64,000 bases of DNA from Octopus sinensis. Lineage: Eukaryota. Every line of letters begins with the position of its first letter. Position 1 is the stretch's first letter. Below the pieces are notes generated by a model that was not told the DNA's origin, did not search any database, and saw only the letters and a program-made list of their open reading frames with translations. Shown here in pieces: positions 14,384 to 28,409 of this stretch. A program made the position numbers and the translations under genes. The stretch covers positions 83,328,001-83,392,000 of the forward strand of contig NC_043003.1 in assembly GCF_006345805.1 (NCBI RefSeq), given 5' to 3'.

Positions 14384-16350
14384 GGAAAAGACGAAACTTT
14401 TATCAGCATGCTATTCACTCAAGTACATATAGAGGTGAAATGGCTGAATGAATAAAGTAGTGTATTCACTGTAGACGGGTCGTGAGATCAATCCCTCTGT
14501 ATGTGCCTTGTTGCAGTTGTTAGTATTTTTATGAAATATTTAGAAGAAGGAATAGCAGCACATGTGATTTTTTTCAGTGACCACTTGATTGGTAAGGAGA
14601 ACGGAGGATGTGGTTTTCATGCCAGTTTGTCTGGCCTAAAAACTTCCAACAGTCTGGTTTCCACTAAGGCCACCGAAGGCCATTTGGTTCTTTTAATGCC
14701 TTTGATCACTGATCAAAGGCATTATATACGAAACGATTCAGGCAAAATTTACCTTGGCCAACTTTACCTGTCTTATATTTTCTAAGTATTTAGGGCACGT
14801 AGGTAGGACGACATCAAACAGATTATGGCTTTGGTGACTGACATCTAGAATATAAGTTGAAGAATCAATAATATGAGTTAGTTTGTATGTAACAGAGATA
14901 TATTAGCTGTATTTACCAACAATGTCTCTTTTGCTGGAATATCGCCAGCCTTAGTAGATATCATTGAAGACTCTACACACGTTATTAATGGGGATTGCCT
15001 CACAGTTTTATTTTCTGTTTGACGTGCAATTCCATGATTTTGATAAAGAACCGAACAGTCATCATCCGGAGACCAATAAAGAATGAATTTAAAGACGCGT
15101 ATAGTTCTTGAAAACAACTTGATAGAAAAACATGAACGGTAATTAACATTTTGGGGGCTAATCTCTACCATACTACACTCAACATAGAATTTGACCATGA
15201 CTATCGTTATTGCGAGAATTTTTAGTTATTAGTTAACACTAGCCTGAGATATTGAACACCTTATTAAATATTTTTGAATCAAAATATGACGCCAAAATTC
15301 TCAGTAAAAGTGCTTCAACTTCAGAAAAATTATGCTTAAACTCATTGTTGGTATAAAAGATGGGTGCGTTTGAGTTTAATTTTATTGTGTTCGAATTGGG
15401 TTTAATATCGTTAGATTACGATTTTGATCGTGACATTTTGTATGTCAGTTAGTTCATTTGTTACTTGCTTGGGAATAAATGCTCCAATGAGCGTGACTGG
15501 TTCTGTTAGCAATGTTAACATATTCGAACTATCTAGAATAACTAATGCAGGTAATTTATGGCATCAGAGGCTCCATTGGAAGCAAGTGCAGGGTCGAGCA
15601 TCCATTCATAAAATGTCTCTTGAGGAAACCCAGTATTATACACCAGTTGATAGAATGACTTCCTTGGTTGCTACGTTAGGGTTCTGATCCCTGTTCTATA
15701 AGATGGGAAACGCGATCCAAAATATGTTACCTCCTGTACTCTTATGAAGGAACGGATCGGACTAAAAGAGGACACCTAAAAATAGCTTCATCAAATTTGA
15801 GTCCTAATGCAACAATCCTTCCTTATGCCAACCCCCAAGTCAAAAACGTCATGCAATTCACCATAATCTCGATCTCCCATAATTACATTGCAGTGGAAGT
15901 TAAGTTTACGAGAATGCTTGGTGACACAAAAAATACAAAATTGGTTTGGATTCTTTGGATCGACAATACCCTCATTGCATTTTGGTTTTCTCGTGTACTG
16001 TTTTTAATGGTGACACTTGTAGATGACACATTCACAAAGGGTATGGCTACCCAAATGTGAAAGTGAATACATAAACTCTCATTAAAAGACCATTTTTCTC
16101 CCGACAACTTCCCAACGTGGTGTATTTTTTAAGTTTATCTGAAGGTAAATAATGATACTTAATTTCCTTTCAGAACTGAGGTAGGATTGGAGTACATATT
16201 TATCAGATTAGGCCATATTCCGGATTGATCATTAAACAAAATAAATATGTGCTTACAGCACTGAGAGAAGGGCACACAGCAGACTTTTTTTTCCATTGTT
16301 GGGTTTGTCGTAGTGAAAGTAACAAATTATTTTACTATTATTATTATTAT

Positions 16351-16382
<32 letters not shown>

Positions 16383-16404
16383 TCTTCATCATCAGTATCA
16401 TTAT

Positions 16405-17825
16405 TCAGTAGTTTTATTTGTATCACGTGCTTTCACAGCACTACCGAGCGCAGTTCTATGTGTCTAGGGTATGTGCTGTGGTTTGTTGTGGTGCTCTTAT
16501 TTTCACTGTATTGAAAATGTTTTACGTAGGATGTGTGCGGTGCTATTTTCTGTATGTTATATATACGTATTAGTCCTAGTGTTTTTGTTATGCATTTGTC
16601 TGAATATTTTTTATCATACCTAATGCGCCTACTATAACAGGAAATGTTTCTGTTTTTGGACTCCTCATTCGAGTTACATCTGTTTCCAGATTTTGTATTT
16701 TGAAAGTTTGTCATTGTCATTTGTTGGTATTGATACATCGATTAGAAAGGGTTTTTATTTTTCTTGGTGATCTCTAATAACTATATCCGGCCTATTGACA
16801 TTCATTTCTCTATCTATGTGTATTGGTATATTCCAGAATATAGTCGCTTTCTCATTTTCTGTGACATTTACTGGCGTGTACCTATACCATCTTTTTCTGT
16901 TGTTGATCCACAGTGTTGGCATAGCTTCCAGTATATAACTAGGTCCCAACTCTGTCGTATCTGTAAATATATTCCTTCTTAACCAGAATTGGGCAGCCAG
17001 AGAAAATACGATTTACTGTTTATTCTCCATCTCCACAAACTCTGCTTGTATTTCTTTTCATTGTGTGTTTTTGGTGATTTCTTGTGGCAAGGCTTTCCTC
17101 TTGTGCTGCAATTAAAAATCACTCAGTCTCTGGTTTGATTCCAGAGCTTCTCAGCCATTATTGGGATTTTTGTTTTTTCTATTTCTTTTTCTGATTAGTT
17201 TAACTCAATATTTGCCATGAAGGGGCTTTTCTTGCCATCATTTTATCATTATCCGTTGCTGTTCCAGTTTTAATTTGAATTTCACTTGTTTTACATCTTT
17301 TGTTGTTTCTTTTCTCTCTTCATAGCTATTAGATATTATGACTTTTTTTGTATTTGTCAGCTTCCTTAAACACTGGAAACAGTTTTTTTTTGTTTTCTTC
17401 ATGTTTTATTGCTATTTGTATTAATTTTCCTTGCTTCTGAAGCAGGTATTTCTGTAGTGTCTGGTTGTTATTTTGTAAGAGTTTTCTGGATGTATAAGGT
17501 CTCTACTCCTTCGCCACGTTGCATATATAACCTTTGTATATCAGATTTTGGGTGGTGCATCCTAAATCTTGTCATTAGTTTTCTTGTTTACCTGTCTATT
17601 TGGATTAGGCAATTTAGAGTCCAGTTAAAAATATTGTAGCAGTAACTTTTAACTGGGACGGCTAGAGTGTTGCTGCTTATTATCTTGCTTTTTGCACTGA
17701 GCTCGGTTTTCAATATCAATCTGACTCGTCTATAGTATTCCTTTTATATCTTTCATTTGTGTGTCTTATATCGTATCTGCTTCATTGATTCCTAAGTATT
17801 TGTACGTTTGGCTTTGCTCTAATTT
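16405..17825 (-). mobile_element. R4/Dong-like non-LTR retrotransposon, 5'-truncated 3' half (copy 1)
   Basis: Minus strand has TYKYLGINE (~17790), a zinc finger/restriction-like endonuclease region IFWNIPIHIDREMNVNRPDIVIRD, and a C-terminal LGLI...IYNIQKIA. The 3' UTR runs into a TAA/TGA microsatellite. Confidence 0.9.
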
Positions 17826-17844
17826 TCTTATTTCCTTTCATCGC

Positions 17845-17947
17845 TTCGATTAAATAGGTACCAGTTACTCACTGGAGTCGATGTAACCGTCTATCCCCCT
17901 ACCCTAAATTTCAGGCCTTGTGCTTATAATAGAAAAGATTATTATTA

Positions 17948-18029
<82 letters not shown>

Positions 18030-18166
18030 TGATGATTTCAAACTTTGGCAGAAGACATCAAGTTCGGTGGAGTGTGTAAGTCGATTATATGGACCACCTA
18101 GTGTTCAACAAGCAATTATTTTATCGACCCCGAATTGATGATTGGTAAAGTGGACCTCGGCGGAAA
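17845..18166. mobile_element. Two family B SINE fragments tail-to-tail, joined by (ATT)n(AAT)n
   Basis: A + strand core and tail at ~17845-17940, a - strand core at ~18035-18166, and between them an (ATT)n run that switches to (AAT)n at ~17980. Confidence 0.7.
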
Positions 18167-19109
18167 GATATGCAAAATGCTGCATCTTTTCTTGTTGTCC
18201 CCGAAAATAAGTTATTAATGGGGATTGAAATGTCGTTTAAGGTTAATAGAATTTTAAATCAGTTATATTTAATATAGTTGAAGAATGAAGCCTGGAGATT
18301 AAAAATTTCGTCTAGGCATGCACCTGGCTGAGTGTTATTGATGAGTTTCAACTAGGAGTAAATGCATCAGGTGTTCTCACTTGCGGTGGTTGGGGTGATT
18401 TTTATGTAACCTTCCGATATAGGTTGTTTTTTAAACACATCACATCCATAAGAGTTAAGTCGGACCAATATCGCAATAGCATGCTTGTCAAAGTTTATTT
18501 ACATTATATATGGCTATTTGAATTTTTAAGCTGTTATACAACATCACTTGAAAATGGAAAATCGAGGCTGCTACTTGGGAGATCATCAGAGCATCAGCTC
18601 TACAAAATTTAATTTCAGCCTTGTGTAAAAGGCTCCGTATAGTTCAACTTGTTTATAGTTCAGAACGTTCTGTGTTTTGCTATTTTTGTTTTATGAATAT
18701 CCTAAGTAATTTTAAGTGTATATTGTATGAGTTGCCGTTTCAAATCCATAATCCGGTCCCGGGTTAAGTATGCTAAATGAGATGGATATAACCTGTTTAA
18801 ATATTTGTTTCTATGCAATGATAACGCTGCATAGAAACACCTGATGGATGCCGACTTATATTGGTGTGTACACTTATTCTTTATATTTTCATATTTTGAC
18901 TTCAAATCAAGTCGACTTTACTTCTCATGGCACTGAGATCAGAGTTATATCTTATATCAATCTCTATACATTATGGTCTTCCTCAAAAAATATGTATATT
19001 CCTCCAAGACTACAACGCATGCAATGTATATTCAGACTATGTAAATGAATGTTAAATAACAGATTACAGCGGAACATAAGATGCAAATATTCTATATAAT
19101 TTTTTCTAT

Positions 19110-19300
19110 TATTAGCACAAGGCTACCAATTTTGAGGTGGGGGAAGTAAATTGAGTCGATCCCAGTTCTCAACTGGTACTAATTTCATCGCCTCTAAAAA
19201 GACAACAGGAAAAGGTAACCCCGGCGGAATTTGAGCTCCAAGCGTAAAGCCGGAAAGTATTTTGTCCGGTAACATAACACTTCTGCCGGCTCTCTGGCTT
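19110..19300 (-). mobile_element. tRNA-derived SINE, family B (degenerate)
   Basis: GTCGATCCCAGT..CAACTGGTACT..TTTCATCG...CCCCGGCGGAATTTGAGCTC matches the family B consensus seen at 37346-37576. Confidence 0.75.
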
Positions 19301-19879
19301 AACATGCTACATAATCTATCCTACATCAATTATGTAGTTTTTGATTTTTATCATAGCATTGCTAACTTATGACCAAAATTGATAAAATACGTACTACAAT
19401 TGATATATTAGGATCGATATCAGTAGACTATACTCACTACCCTGCAATGTGATAAATCAATATTTTCAATTCTTTGTTTATTTAAATGGAAAATGTTATA
19501 TTAAGATAAGATTATTATTTTAGTATTCATATTTATGTTTAGTTATTTTCCATTGCAATTTGTTGAACACTAGCGTCGTTGGTTGTATGTTTCCAACACT
19601 CAGTCACTGCTTCGCTGTATTTTTGACGGCTAGAGTGATAAGGCATTGTGTGTACAATTCGAGCGGAACAAATATCACAACGGACTTCTTTCTAAAGCAA
19701 CGATTTATCGATTATTCCCCTCCGCCAACGTTTATGTCTTTTCCCCGGTATTGATAGTCGAGACACACGTGCACACAAATTCATATATGTGTGTGTATGT
19801 ATGTTTGTATGTATGTATCTATGTACGTGTGTGTTTATTAAAACGGAGTAGCTTTAGTGAAGTACTGTGCGGTATCACT

Positions 19880-20420
19880 TTAAAGAGATTTGTTGTGTAA
19901 GAACGGAACAATGTGAGAAGGTACAAAGTAAACTACAAACGGAAAATAAAAAACAAAACCAAAGATATAGTTTTTACCTTGTATTTCTATATTTCGGGCC
20001 TATAACCTCTTCTTCAGGACATTTGGAAAAACGAGGAATGGAAAAGTCGTTGCTCAGATGTGTGGGGGAAAGATGAAAAAGGGGGAGAAAAGATGAAAGT
20101 GACATGCACAAGCTGGTCGGACTCCTTCTTGTAGTCCTTCCTTGTTTTGAATAGCTGGTCTCAATCTGTAGATAAGGAAACTCTCCATGATTCCGTTGCG
20201 CTGAGTAGCCCTGATGGACACCTTAAATACCTGGGTTTGGTACTTCTTTAGCCGTTATTTTTTTTTCTTCTGAAGTGTCTACGCTCATATGTTCTTTTAT
20301 TCGAATGCGCAAATTCCTGCTGGTGCTCCCAATGTAAGATGCCCATAATTTACTTCAGAGACGATTTCGTATACCACATACACCCTCTCGCGTACAGTTT
20401 CACGACTATACTGTGAAACA
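19880..20420 (-). mobile_element. Penelope-like element 3' fragment (GIY-YIG endonuclease plus pLTR remnant)
   Basis: Minus strand reads VVYEIV (frameshift) ASYIGSTSRNLRIRIKEH, then ESFLIYRLRP, then a decayed hammerhead-like CTGAAGA...CCCGAAATATA at ~19985-20020. Confidence 0.85.
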
Positions 20421-20928
20421 GCCCAGTTTAAAAAGTATACAAAAAACTGTTAAATTTACTTTGAATTATTCATAATGTGTCAAAATATTCATCGCACATC
20501 TGCAACCTAGCCACTGGCATATTTAAAAATGTAATTGATATTAAGTATGTGTATTCATGCGTATTCATGTGTACGGGCGATCACATGCCCTACGTTCATC
20601 TGTGTGGCTGAATTCTACTTTCATTTGCCAAGCCGAGCATATAGTACAAGACATACATGCAAGATAAGCCGTGTTTAAGACGTGATCCAATAACATGTAC
20701 GAAATAAACTATTTGATAACTCGACTATACCGGCACGCATTATTTCTATAAAAATGATTTCTAGTAGAATACTAGAATCCCTCTCAACACATGGATATGA
20801 TGCTCCCCCACTACTTCTGCTCGTGATCAGAGATGCACATATCGTCAGCCACTAAGGGACATGCTCAACTGGTTATGATCAAACAACTGTCAAGCAAATC
20901 TGTGGTATCGTGCAGAATATTTGCACAA

Positions 20929-20967
<39 letters not shown>

Positions 20968-21164
20968 CATTATCATCATCATCATCATTATCATCATCAT
21001 CATCATCATTATTATTATTATCGTCATCATGGAACACTATCCAATATTGTGATATCGTAGAGTGAATATAGTTTGTGTACCGGGGATTTGTAATGTCTGT
21101 CAGGTCACAAGGACCTCAGACACACATGTGTGCAGTTCCAAGTAAAACCGAATTATCATTGTTG

Positions 21165-21369
21165 CTGCTATTGTTGTTGTTGCAAGTAGTAGTAGTATTA
21201 GTTGTTGTAGTAGTAGTAGTATAGTAGTAGTAGTAGCAGTAGTAGTAGTAGTAGTAGTAGTAGAAGCAGCAGCAGTAGTAATAATAGTAGTAATAGTAGT
21301 AGTAATAGTAGTAGTAGTAGCAGCAGCAGTAGTAATAGTAGTAATAGTAGTAGTAGAAGCAGCAGCAGC

Positions 21370-21427
<58 letters not shown>

Positions 21428-21500
21428 GTAGTAGTAGTAACAACAGCAGCGGCAGTAGCAGCTGTAGTAGTAGTAGTAGTAGTAGTAATATTAGTAACAA

Positions 21501-21553
<53 letters not shown>

Positions 21554-21712
21554 ACAGCAGCAGCAGTAGCAGCTGTAGTAGTAGTAGTAGTAGTAGTAAC
21601 AACAGCAGCAGCTGTAGTAGTAGTAATAGTAGTAATAGTAGTAGTAGAAGTAGTAGTAGTAGTAGTAGTAGTAATAGCAGCAGCAGTAGTAGCAGCTGTA
21701 GTAGTAGTAGTT
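21165..21712. repeat. Long compound (AGT)n/(AGC)n microsatellite
   Basis: About 550 bp of AGT/AGC/AAT/AAC triplets; source of the poly-Leu ORF 21198-21602. Confidence 0.95.
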
Positions 21713-22484
21713 ACATGATGTCTAATAACTACTTTACTTCGTTTGTATCTGTGAAAAAGTTAGGTGTTGGCAAGTGGAGCGAAGGTTTGGAGTTTACTTC
21801 ATTTTCACTTTTTCTTTTTCACTCTTTTCTTCTTTCTTTGACAGACTTTTGTTTCTTTTCTCTGTTGATGTATTGCTAGGTTTCATCTGAAGTGTAAGAT
21901 ACGTCATATATTTCATTGGTTCATAGCACTTTCAATCTTTTCACCTCCCAATTCAAGATCTGTTGTTTCTATATAATCTTATATCATATCTCTCTAGCAA
22001 TGCACAATATTTTTTGTGCTAGTTGTGGTTTATGATCCTACCCATGAACCGACGTAGTGGTACTGCTACTACTACTGGAAGAAGAAGAAGAAGAAGAGAA
22101 GAAGAAGAAGAAGAAGAAGAAGAAGAAGAAGAAATTTGGCTTAGATTTTTGACTACGCTTTCCGTTTAAGTTTCTCAGTTTGCATTTTCTCACTAGTATT
22201 TCTCTTTAAGTTTTGTAGATTTGTAGTTGTTCACCTTAGCTGTCTAGTTAGTTGGTCATTTTGTTACCTGCCTGGTCATTTCCATGTGTTTGATCACCTT
22301 ATTTTCTCTTTTGGACATCTTATTGTCCCTTTGATCACTTTATTGATTACTTAGTTATGTTAGTATGTGTTTGTTCACTTCGACAGTTATTTGATTAGCT
22401 TTTATCTGTTCCGTCACTTTAGAATCTCTCTAGTCACATTAATGTGTATTTTGGTCACCTTAGTCCCTCAGTAGTCATTCACTA

Positions 22485-23092
22485 GTCAACAGTAGTCAAC
22501 AGTGCGCCTTTAAATATGGTTTCTGATTATAAATATCTTGGGTCATACATATCATCATCTGGAAAAGACTTTCTAACTAGAAAGGGTATGGCCTGGTCAG
22601 CCTGTAATGACATGCATAAGATCTGGTCATCAAATCTAAGTAGAGACTTCAAACTTGAAATATTCAAAGCCACATTCGACCAATTCTACTATATGGCTCA
22701 GAAACCTGGACGTTATCAAAGAAGCTTGAGAGGCGGTTGGATGGAACCTACACTCGCCTCCTTATGAGAGCTCAAAATCTCTCGTGGAAGCGCCATCCAA
22801 CCAAAATGCAAATATATGGGAAACTACCACCTGTGTCATCTCTTGTGAAAAGTAGGAGAGTCCAGTTTGCTGGACATTGTTGTAGAGATGAAAAAGAAGC
22901 AATTTCTACTCTTCTCCTCTGGAAGCCATCTACTCGCAATACCAGAGGGCGCACACTCTCCTACCCTGATGTAATCTCCAGGGATACAGGCATCCAGCAA
23001 CAGGACCTCCGTAATGCTATGATGGACCGTGAAGTCTGGCGTAACATAGTAAATTCCATTGACTCGACCACGGTCGAACAATGATGATGATG
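22485..23092 (+). mobile_element. 5'-truncated RTE-clade LINE with (TGA)n tail and 12-bp TSD
   Basis: DYKYLGSYI...MDGTYTRLL...RRVQFAGHC...GRTLSYPDVISRDTG. (TGA)n tail. AGTCATTCACTA occurs at both 22473-22484 and 23093-23104. One frameshift near 22680. Confidence 0.92.
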
Positions 23093-23139
23093 AGTCATTC
23101 ACTATAATCATTTGGTATGTATGGCTACTTTATAATCTG

Positions 23140-23480
23140 ACACTTAAAGTCGGTGAGACAGCGGAATCATTACTCCACCGTACAAGCCTTAGGCTTGACG
23201 TCATTTCTTCTGGTTTTACCTTCTGAGTTCAAATGATGCTGGGGTCAATTTTGCCCTTTATCCTTTCGGGATCGTTACAATAAACACCATTACAGTACAA
23301 GGGTCAATATACTCGGTCTTCCACTTCCCTCAGAATGACCACATTGTATCATGAATTAGAAATAAAAGAGGCGGCAAGCTTACGGACTCGTTAGCCCGCA
23401 GGAAAAAATGCTTGATGGCATTTCAGTCGTCTTTATTCTCTGAATTCTAATTCCGCTGAGATTCTCTTTGCCTTTCATCC
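23140..23480 (+). mobile_element. Two degenerate family B SINE copies
   Basis: TTCTGAGTTCAAAT..GGGGTCAATTTTGCCCTTTATCCTTTCGGG at ~23220, and a second head AGGCGGCAAGCT...TTCTGAATTC at ~23370-23480. Confidence 0.7.
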
Positions 23481-24892
23481 TGATGAGCTTCTGTACAGTT
23501 TTCGCCTGGCAAAATTTTGCTCTAAAGGCTTTAGTTGATCCGCTCAAGTTCCCATTTAGCAGGATCAATCCCAAAACCACACTTTTACGAACTGAACATT
23601 TTATCAACTTGGTCATGCTGAAGCAATTTAACTTTTGTCTTTAAAAAAATATATGATTAATAGCAACGCCTAGTTTTTAACATATTATCAAATAATAAAT
23701 ATTGTCTAAAACTTTTACAGTGTCCGTGTATACTTAGTCCACGTGTGACTGACTGAAAAGCTGTTTCAATAGCCATATATATTGCAACAGAAGCTGTGTA
23801 AGGCAACTTCTACATGAAAGCCAATTATGCTGTGTATCATTTATCAAGGTACTTGTTTGTCAGAATATAATCAAGTTCTTTGATAATTCATTCAATGAGA
23901 GATAGATTTGTAATATTTGAAGCCTCTGCTGATTCTTCCCATATAGGCCTTTTATAACATATTTTTGGAACTTATTTCTTAGGCAAAGAAGCCTAAGAAA
24001 TGCTCCTGCTTGATCGTCTTCAAAGAACTTCCATCAGAGCTTGTTGCTAATTTCAGGAGCATTTTCTCACATCTTCTTCTATATCAATATAATCATTGGT
24101 TGCCCCTATTAAATACAAAGTTAACACAAAATTCGTTAAAGTGTTAAATAACTAGCCTTGTTCACTTAATTGCAAGTATATCAAAAGAGAAGTAAGGCTA
24201 CTGCCGAAGTGTTCTTCCTTCTTTCATTAATATTTCTTAATGTGAGTGACATATAACCTTCAAACAATAGCCCTATTTTTGTAATACTTGATGTTTTTCT
24301 CTTGTAAATCTGAGATAAACGTTCGGGTTAAATTTCACGTTTCTAACAACACTGGTGCATTTTATTGCCAACTTATTTTTATAGGGATGTTTATATTATT
24401 TTCGGTTTCCATGAGTGACATTCTTCAATGTTTTCTTTTCCCTGTCAATGATGTTTTTTCTTCCATTTAATAGAACTGGAAATTTTCTTTGTCTCATGAG
24501 AAGCTTTTGTATTTGTGAATTATATTTTTTGTGAACCATAGCCTTCATCTCTAGTACATATTTAATTACCATATCTTGCATTATTGATATAAATTACTCC
24601 AGCTCAATGTCATTCAATTGCACATAGAGAATTTCGGAAATTTTCAGCTTGCAGATCTGTTTTTTAATTAATTTCCAAAGGAATTTGTAGAAATGTAGGC
24701 TGCATAGAGTAAAGTACTTCTTGAGAACTACTGAGATGCAGATATTTTTGTATCAAATTTTATCAATCCTACCATGAGGAGCTAAAAAGAAGATGGAAAT
24801 AGCCGACTTGGTATTGAAAGAGGATTTCTGCTTTATTCATGAATCTCACATCTAATTTGTTCCATAGATGAAATGTTCATTACATCGTGACC

Positions 24893-26869
24893 GGTAAATT
24901 CCACTTCGGTTAATTCCACTTCGGTAAATTTCACGATAGGTAAAATTCACCGCCGTATAATCCGTTAAGGTAAGTACCACTACGGTAAATTCCACTCGAA
25001 AAATAACAGTCTATAGAAAACTAATTACACACGCCCTTGTTACACACTTCTTAACTAATTAGTCGTTTGTTAAATTCCACTGGGAAAATTTCACTATGGG
25101 TAAACTTCAGTGCGGTATATTCCACTTAGGTAAATTCAACTAAACGGTCTATAGAAAACTAATTACACACGCCCTTGTTACACACTTCTTAACTAATTAG
25201 TCGTTAATCAAAGTATAGGTTTATGCCATTGTTACTCATTTTTTAACTGAACTTCACTGTACTGTTATTTTTTTTTGTATTCAGTTTAATTTTGAACTTT
25301 GAACCCCTCAACCATGGCAACATTTATAACATCAGAGAAGAACAATCGTAAACTTTGCGACGAAGAGAATCATATATACGAAAAGAATGGAGTTAACAGT
25401 AACAAAACAAAAGTATATTGGCGTTGTGAAAGTTTTTACAAAAGTTGCCTTTGTATGACTACCTTCAACTCCAGTATACCGGAAGTTGCTTTTGCAACAG
25501 GCTCCCATCATCACTCATCAGGCAGTGCACACGTTAATGCCCGAAAGGCAGTTAATTCAATGAAAAGTGAAGTAATGAGATCGGGCACAGTATCTTCACG
25601 GGAAGTATTAGCTACTGCTGTACAAAATCTTGATGAGGAAGCACTATGTTGTTGCAAACTACTCATGGACTTTCACGTAACATACGTGACTGGAGGCAGC
25701 ACGCTTTAGGAATCCCAGTACTTTCAATTTGTCATTCGGGGGTTGAAATGTCTGATGCAGTTAAGTACTTAGAAAATGGGTCTTTGACAGGGGCATTGAT
25801 AACTCAGACAAAATTTTAGTTTTTTCTTTAGAAAATGGCTTGGATGATCTAGAAAGCTCTGAAAATTGGGCTTGTGGTGGGACTTTTAAGTTGACTCCAA
25901 GTTTGTGGTGTCAGCTTTTCACGCTGCATATCACCATTGGAGGGCCATGTATGCCCAGGCTATTTGCCTTACTTCCTGACAAAAACGAAGTCTCATGTCA
26001 TCGAGTTCTGTCTCCTATACGGAATTTAAGGACAAATTATCGACCAGCGACCTGTATCATGGACTTTGAAAAGCTCTCCATAATTTATTCGTTTCTGTAT
26101 TTCCACATTTAGAAGTCGTTAGGTGTGTTATTAATTTCAGATAGTCTATATGGCAGAAGATATGTGCACAGGATGAGAGTAGGAGATATAGCACGGATGA
26201 AAGTTTTCAGCTTAAAATTTAGTGTTTTTGCCCTTTAGCATTTTTACCAATTGAAGACGTTGTCAATGGATTTGAAGATTTGTCTGGTGATGGAAGCATC
26301 TCTTCTGAGTTTATCACTTATTTTGATATATCATAGATTGGGACTATAAGAGGACGTGGTCTTCGTCGACGAAGAGAAACCCCAGTTTTCTATCCAACTC
26401 TGAAATATACACGACCGCGTTTTAAATGACTTGACAAGAGCAAATAATTCGGTATAAGGGTTCCACAATGTTTTGCGGTCATCGATAACATTCACACATC
26501 CAGATTTGTGGAAACTTTGCAATGCCCATAAGACTGAAGAAGCTTAAGCCGGACGAAAATTGTGCACATTCGACGTGGGGACTCGACAACAAGAAAAAGT
26601 CCTATCAAACAATTGATGCACGATTAAAGAAGCTAGTTGAGAATTATCAACCTGAAAACGCTCTGCAATACTAAAGAAATATTGCATCCAATTTGTCATA
26701 AAAGAATTTTCTTGAAATATATATTAAACTTTTTTATAACTTTATTTTTATGTACTCGCCGTCATTTATATCTTAATGTGTGAATAAAATGTGGTCTAAA
26801 ATATATTCATATTACCAATAGTGAAATTTGCCTTAGTGGAATTTACCGTAGTGGAATTTACCTACGACC
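24893..26869 (+). mobile_element. Mutator-like (MULE) FLYWCH transposon, Phantom-like, both termini present, transposase disrupted
   Basis: Inverted termini built from ~15-bp GGTAAATTCCACT repeats (24893-25140 and inverted at 26817-26862). FLYWCH-like HIYEKN...KVYWRCE (25360-25420). MULE core W.CGGTFK.TP..W.QLFTLH...LFALLPDK (25865-25985). NNSV.GFHN-like segment (~26445). Stops and frameshifts throughout. Confidence 0.9.
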
Positions 26870-27219
26870 GATGACATAAAGCGGCTATCCTACATAGCTG
26901 CAGTTATTATGTGATATTACTGATGGAATGAGGTCCTCTGGTGTGTGATATGTGTGAAGTTGAACTCGCCGCAAACAAATACATTTCTCGTTGTCGGATT
27001 ATTCAGAACCAAGAGTTTGGCCATTAAACACGAGAACTATCCAATTGTAACGATATCGAGAACGTCCAGCGAATGAGAAAATAGGGGAAGCTTTAAAATA
27101 ATTGAAAGTAAAAGTCTAATTTACATTCTGCTTTTAACTTATTTGCTCTATCAAACATAACTTTAATGTATGCATAATGTAACTATGAGAACACAGAAAT
27201 TAAATAGATGTGTATATAC

Positions 27220-27712
<493 letters not shown>

Positions 27713-28409
27713 AATTTTCTTTTACAGTTTATATATCTACGACACTTTATTATGTACAGCTGCTTCACTTGCCATTTTTCTGTCTTCGTGTTCTGAGTAT
27801 TTTCAATATTTACCCTCTACTAAATCAAATTATTCTATGTGTGTTTCTATTAGAAATATTTATTCTTAATGGTCTCAATACTTTTAGCAGCACCTAGTTC
27901 CGTCCATATCATCTATCACATTTTCTTATTGCACTCAGCATTTTCGCTAAAAACAATCCGCTCCTTCCCCCACCCACACTTTTGTTACGTGCATTAATGC
28001 AAGTGACCTTATTTTTTTTTATATTACTGTCAATTACTGCTAGTTGATCTAGAGTGTATACACGCCATTTGTTAACAAGCGAGATATATTCTCCGTTACA
28101 AAATGAAGAGTAGCTTGTTCCCCAGTTCGAACGTGCATCAAGCATATTCGAACTGATAAATAACATTGCAATTTCACTTATCACTGTTTAACGTTCCCCT
28201 CCGTAATTTAATTGCACCGTATAGCACTGCCAGTCATTGTACGGTGACAGGAAAAGCATAAGAGAGGTAACGTCTTTATTCAGCTCGCAGTGTCGTCTGC
28301 TTAGTATCAGTGGCAGATGAGGAGATAACCAATCCGAAATGCTAGCATCTCACAGTCTAGGTAGATGGCGCTGCGAGATGATCTAGGTGTATGCACCATT
28401 AGAACAGCT

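Noticed and set aside
15424-15687. LWHQRL motif suggesting a Copia GAG-pre-integrase
   Set aside because: No following GH or integrase motif, and no LTR or PBS. The region 14870-16200 may be an old element but I could not classify it.
21198-21602. 134-aa poly-Leu ORF
   Set aside because: It is a translation of the (AGT/AGC)n microsatellite.
23760-24850. Possible degenerate MULE/SWIM transposase on the minus strand
   Set aside because: Only vague motif resemblance; no diagnostic residues or termini.
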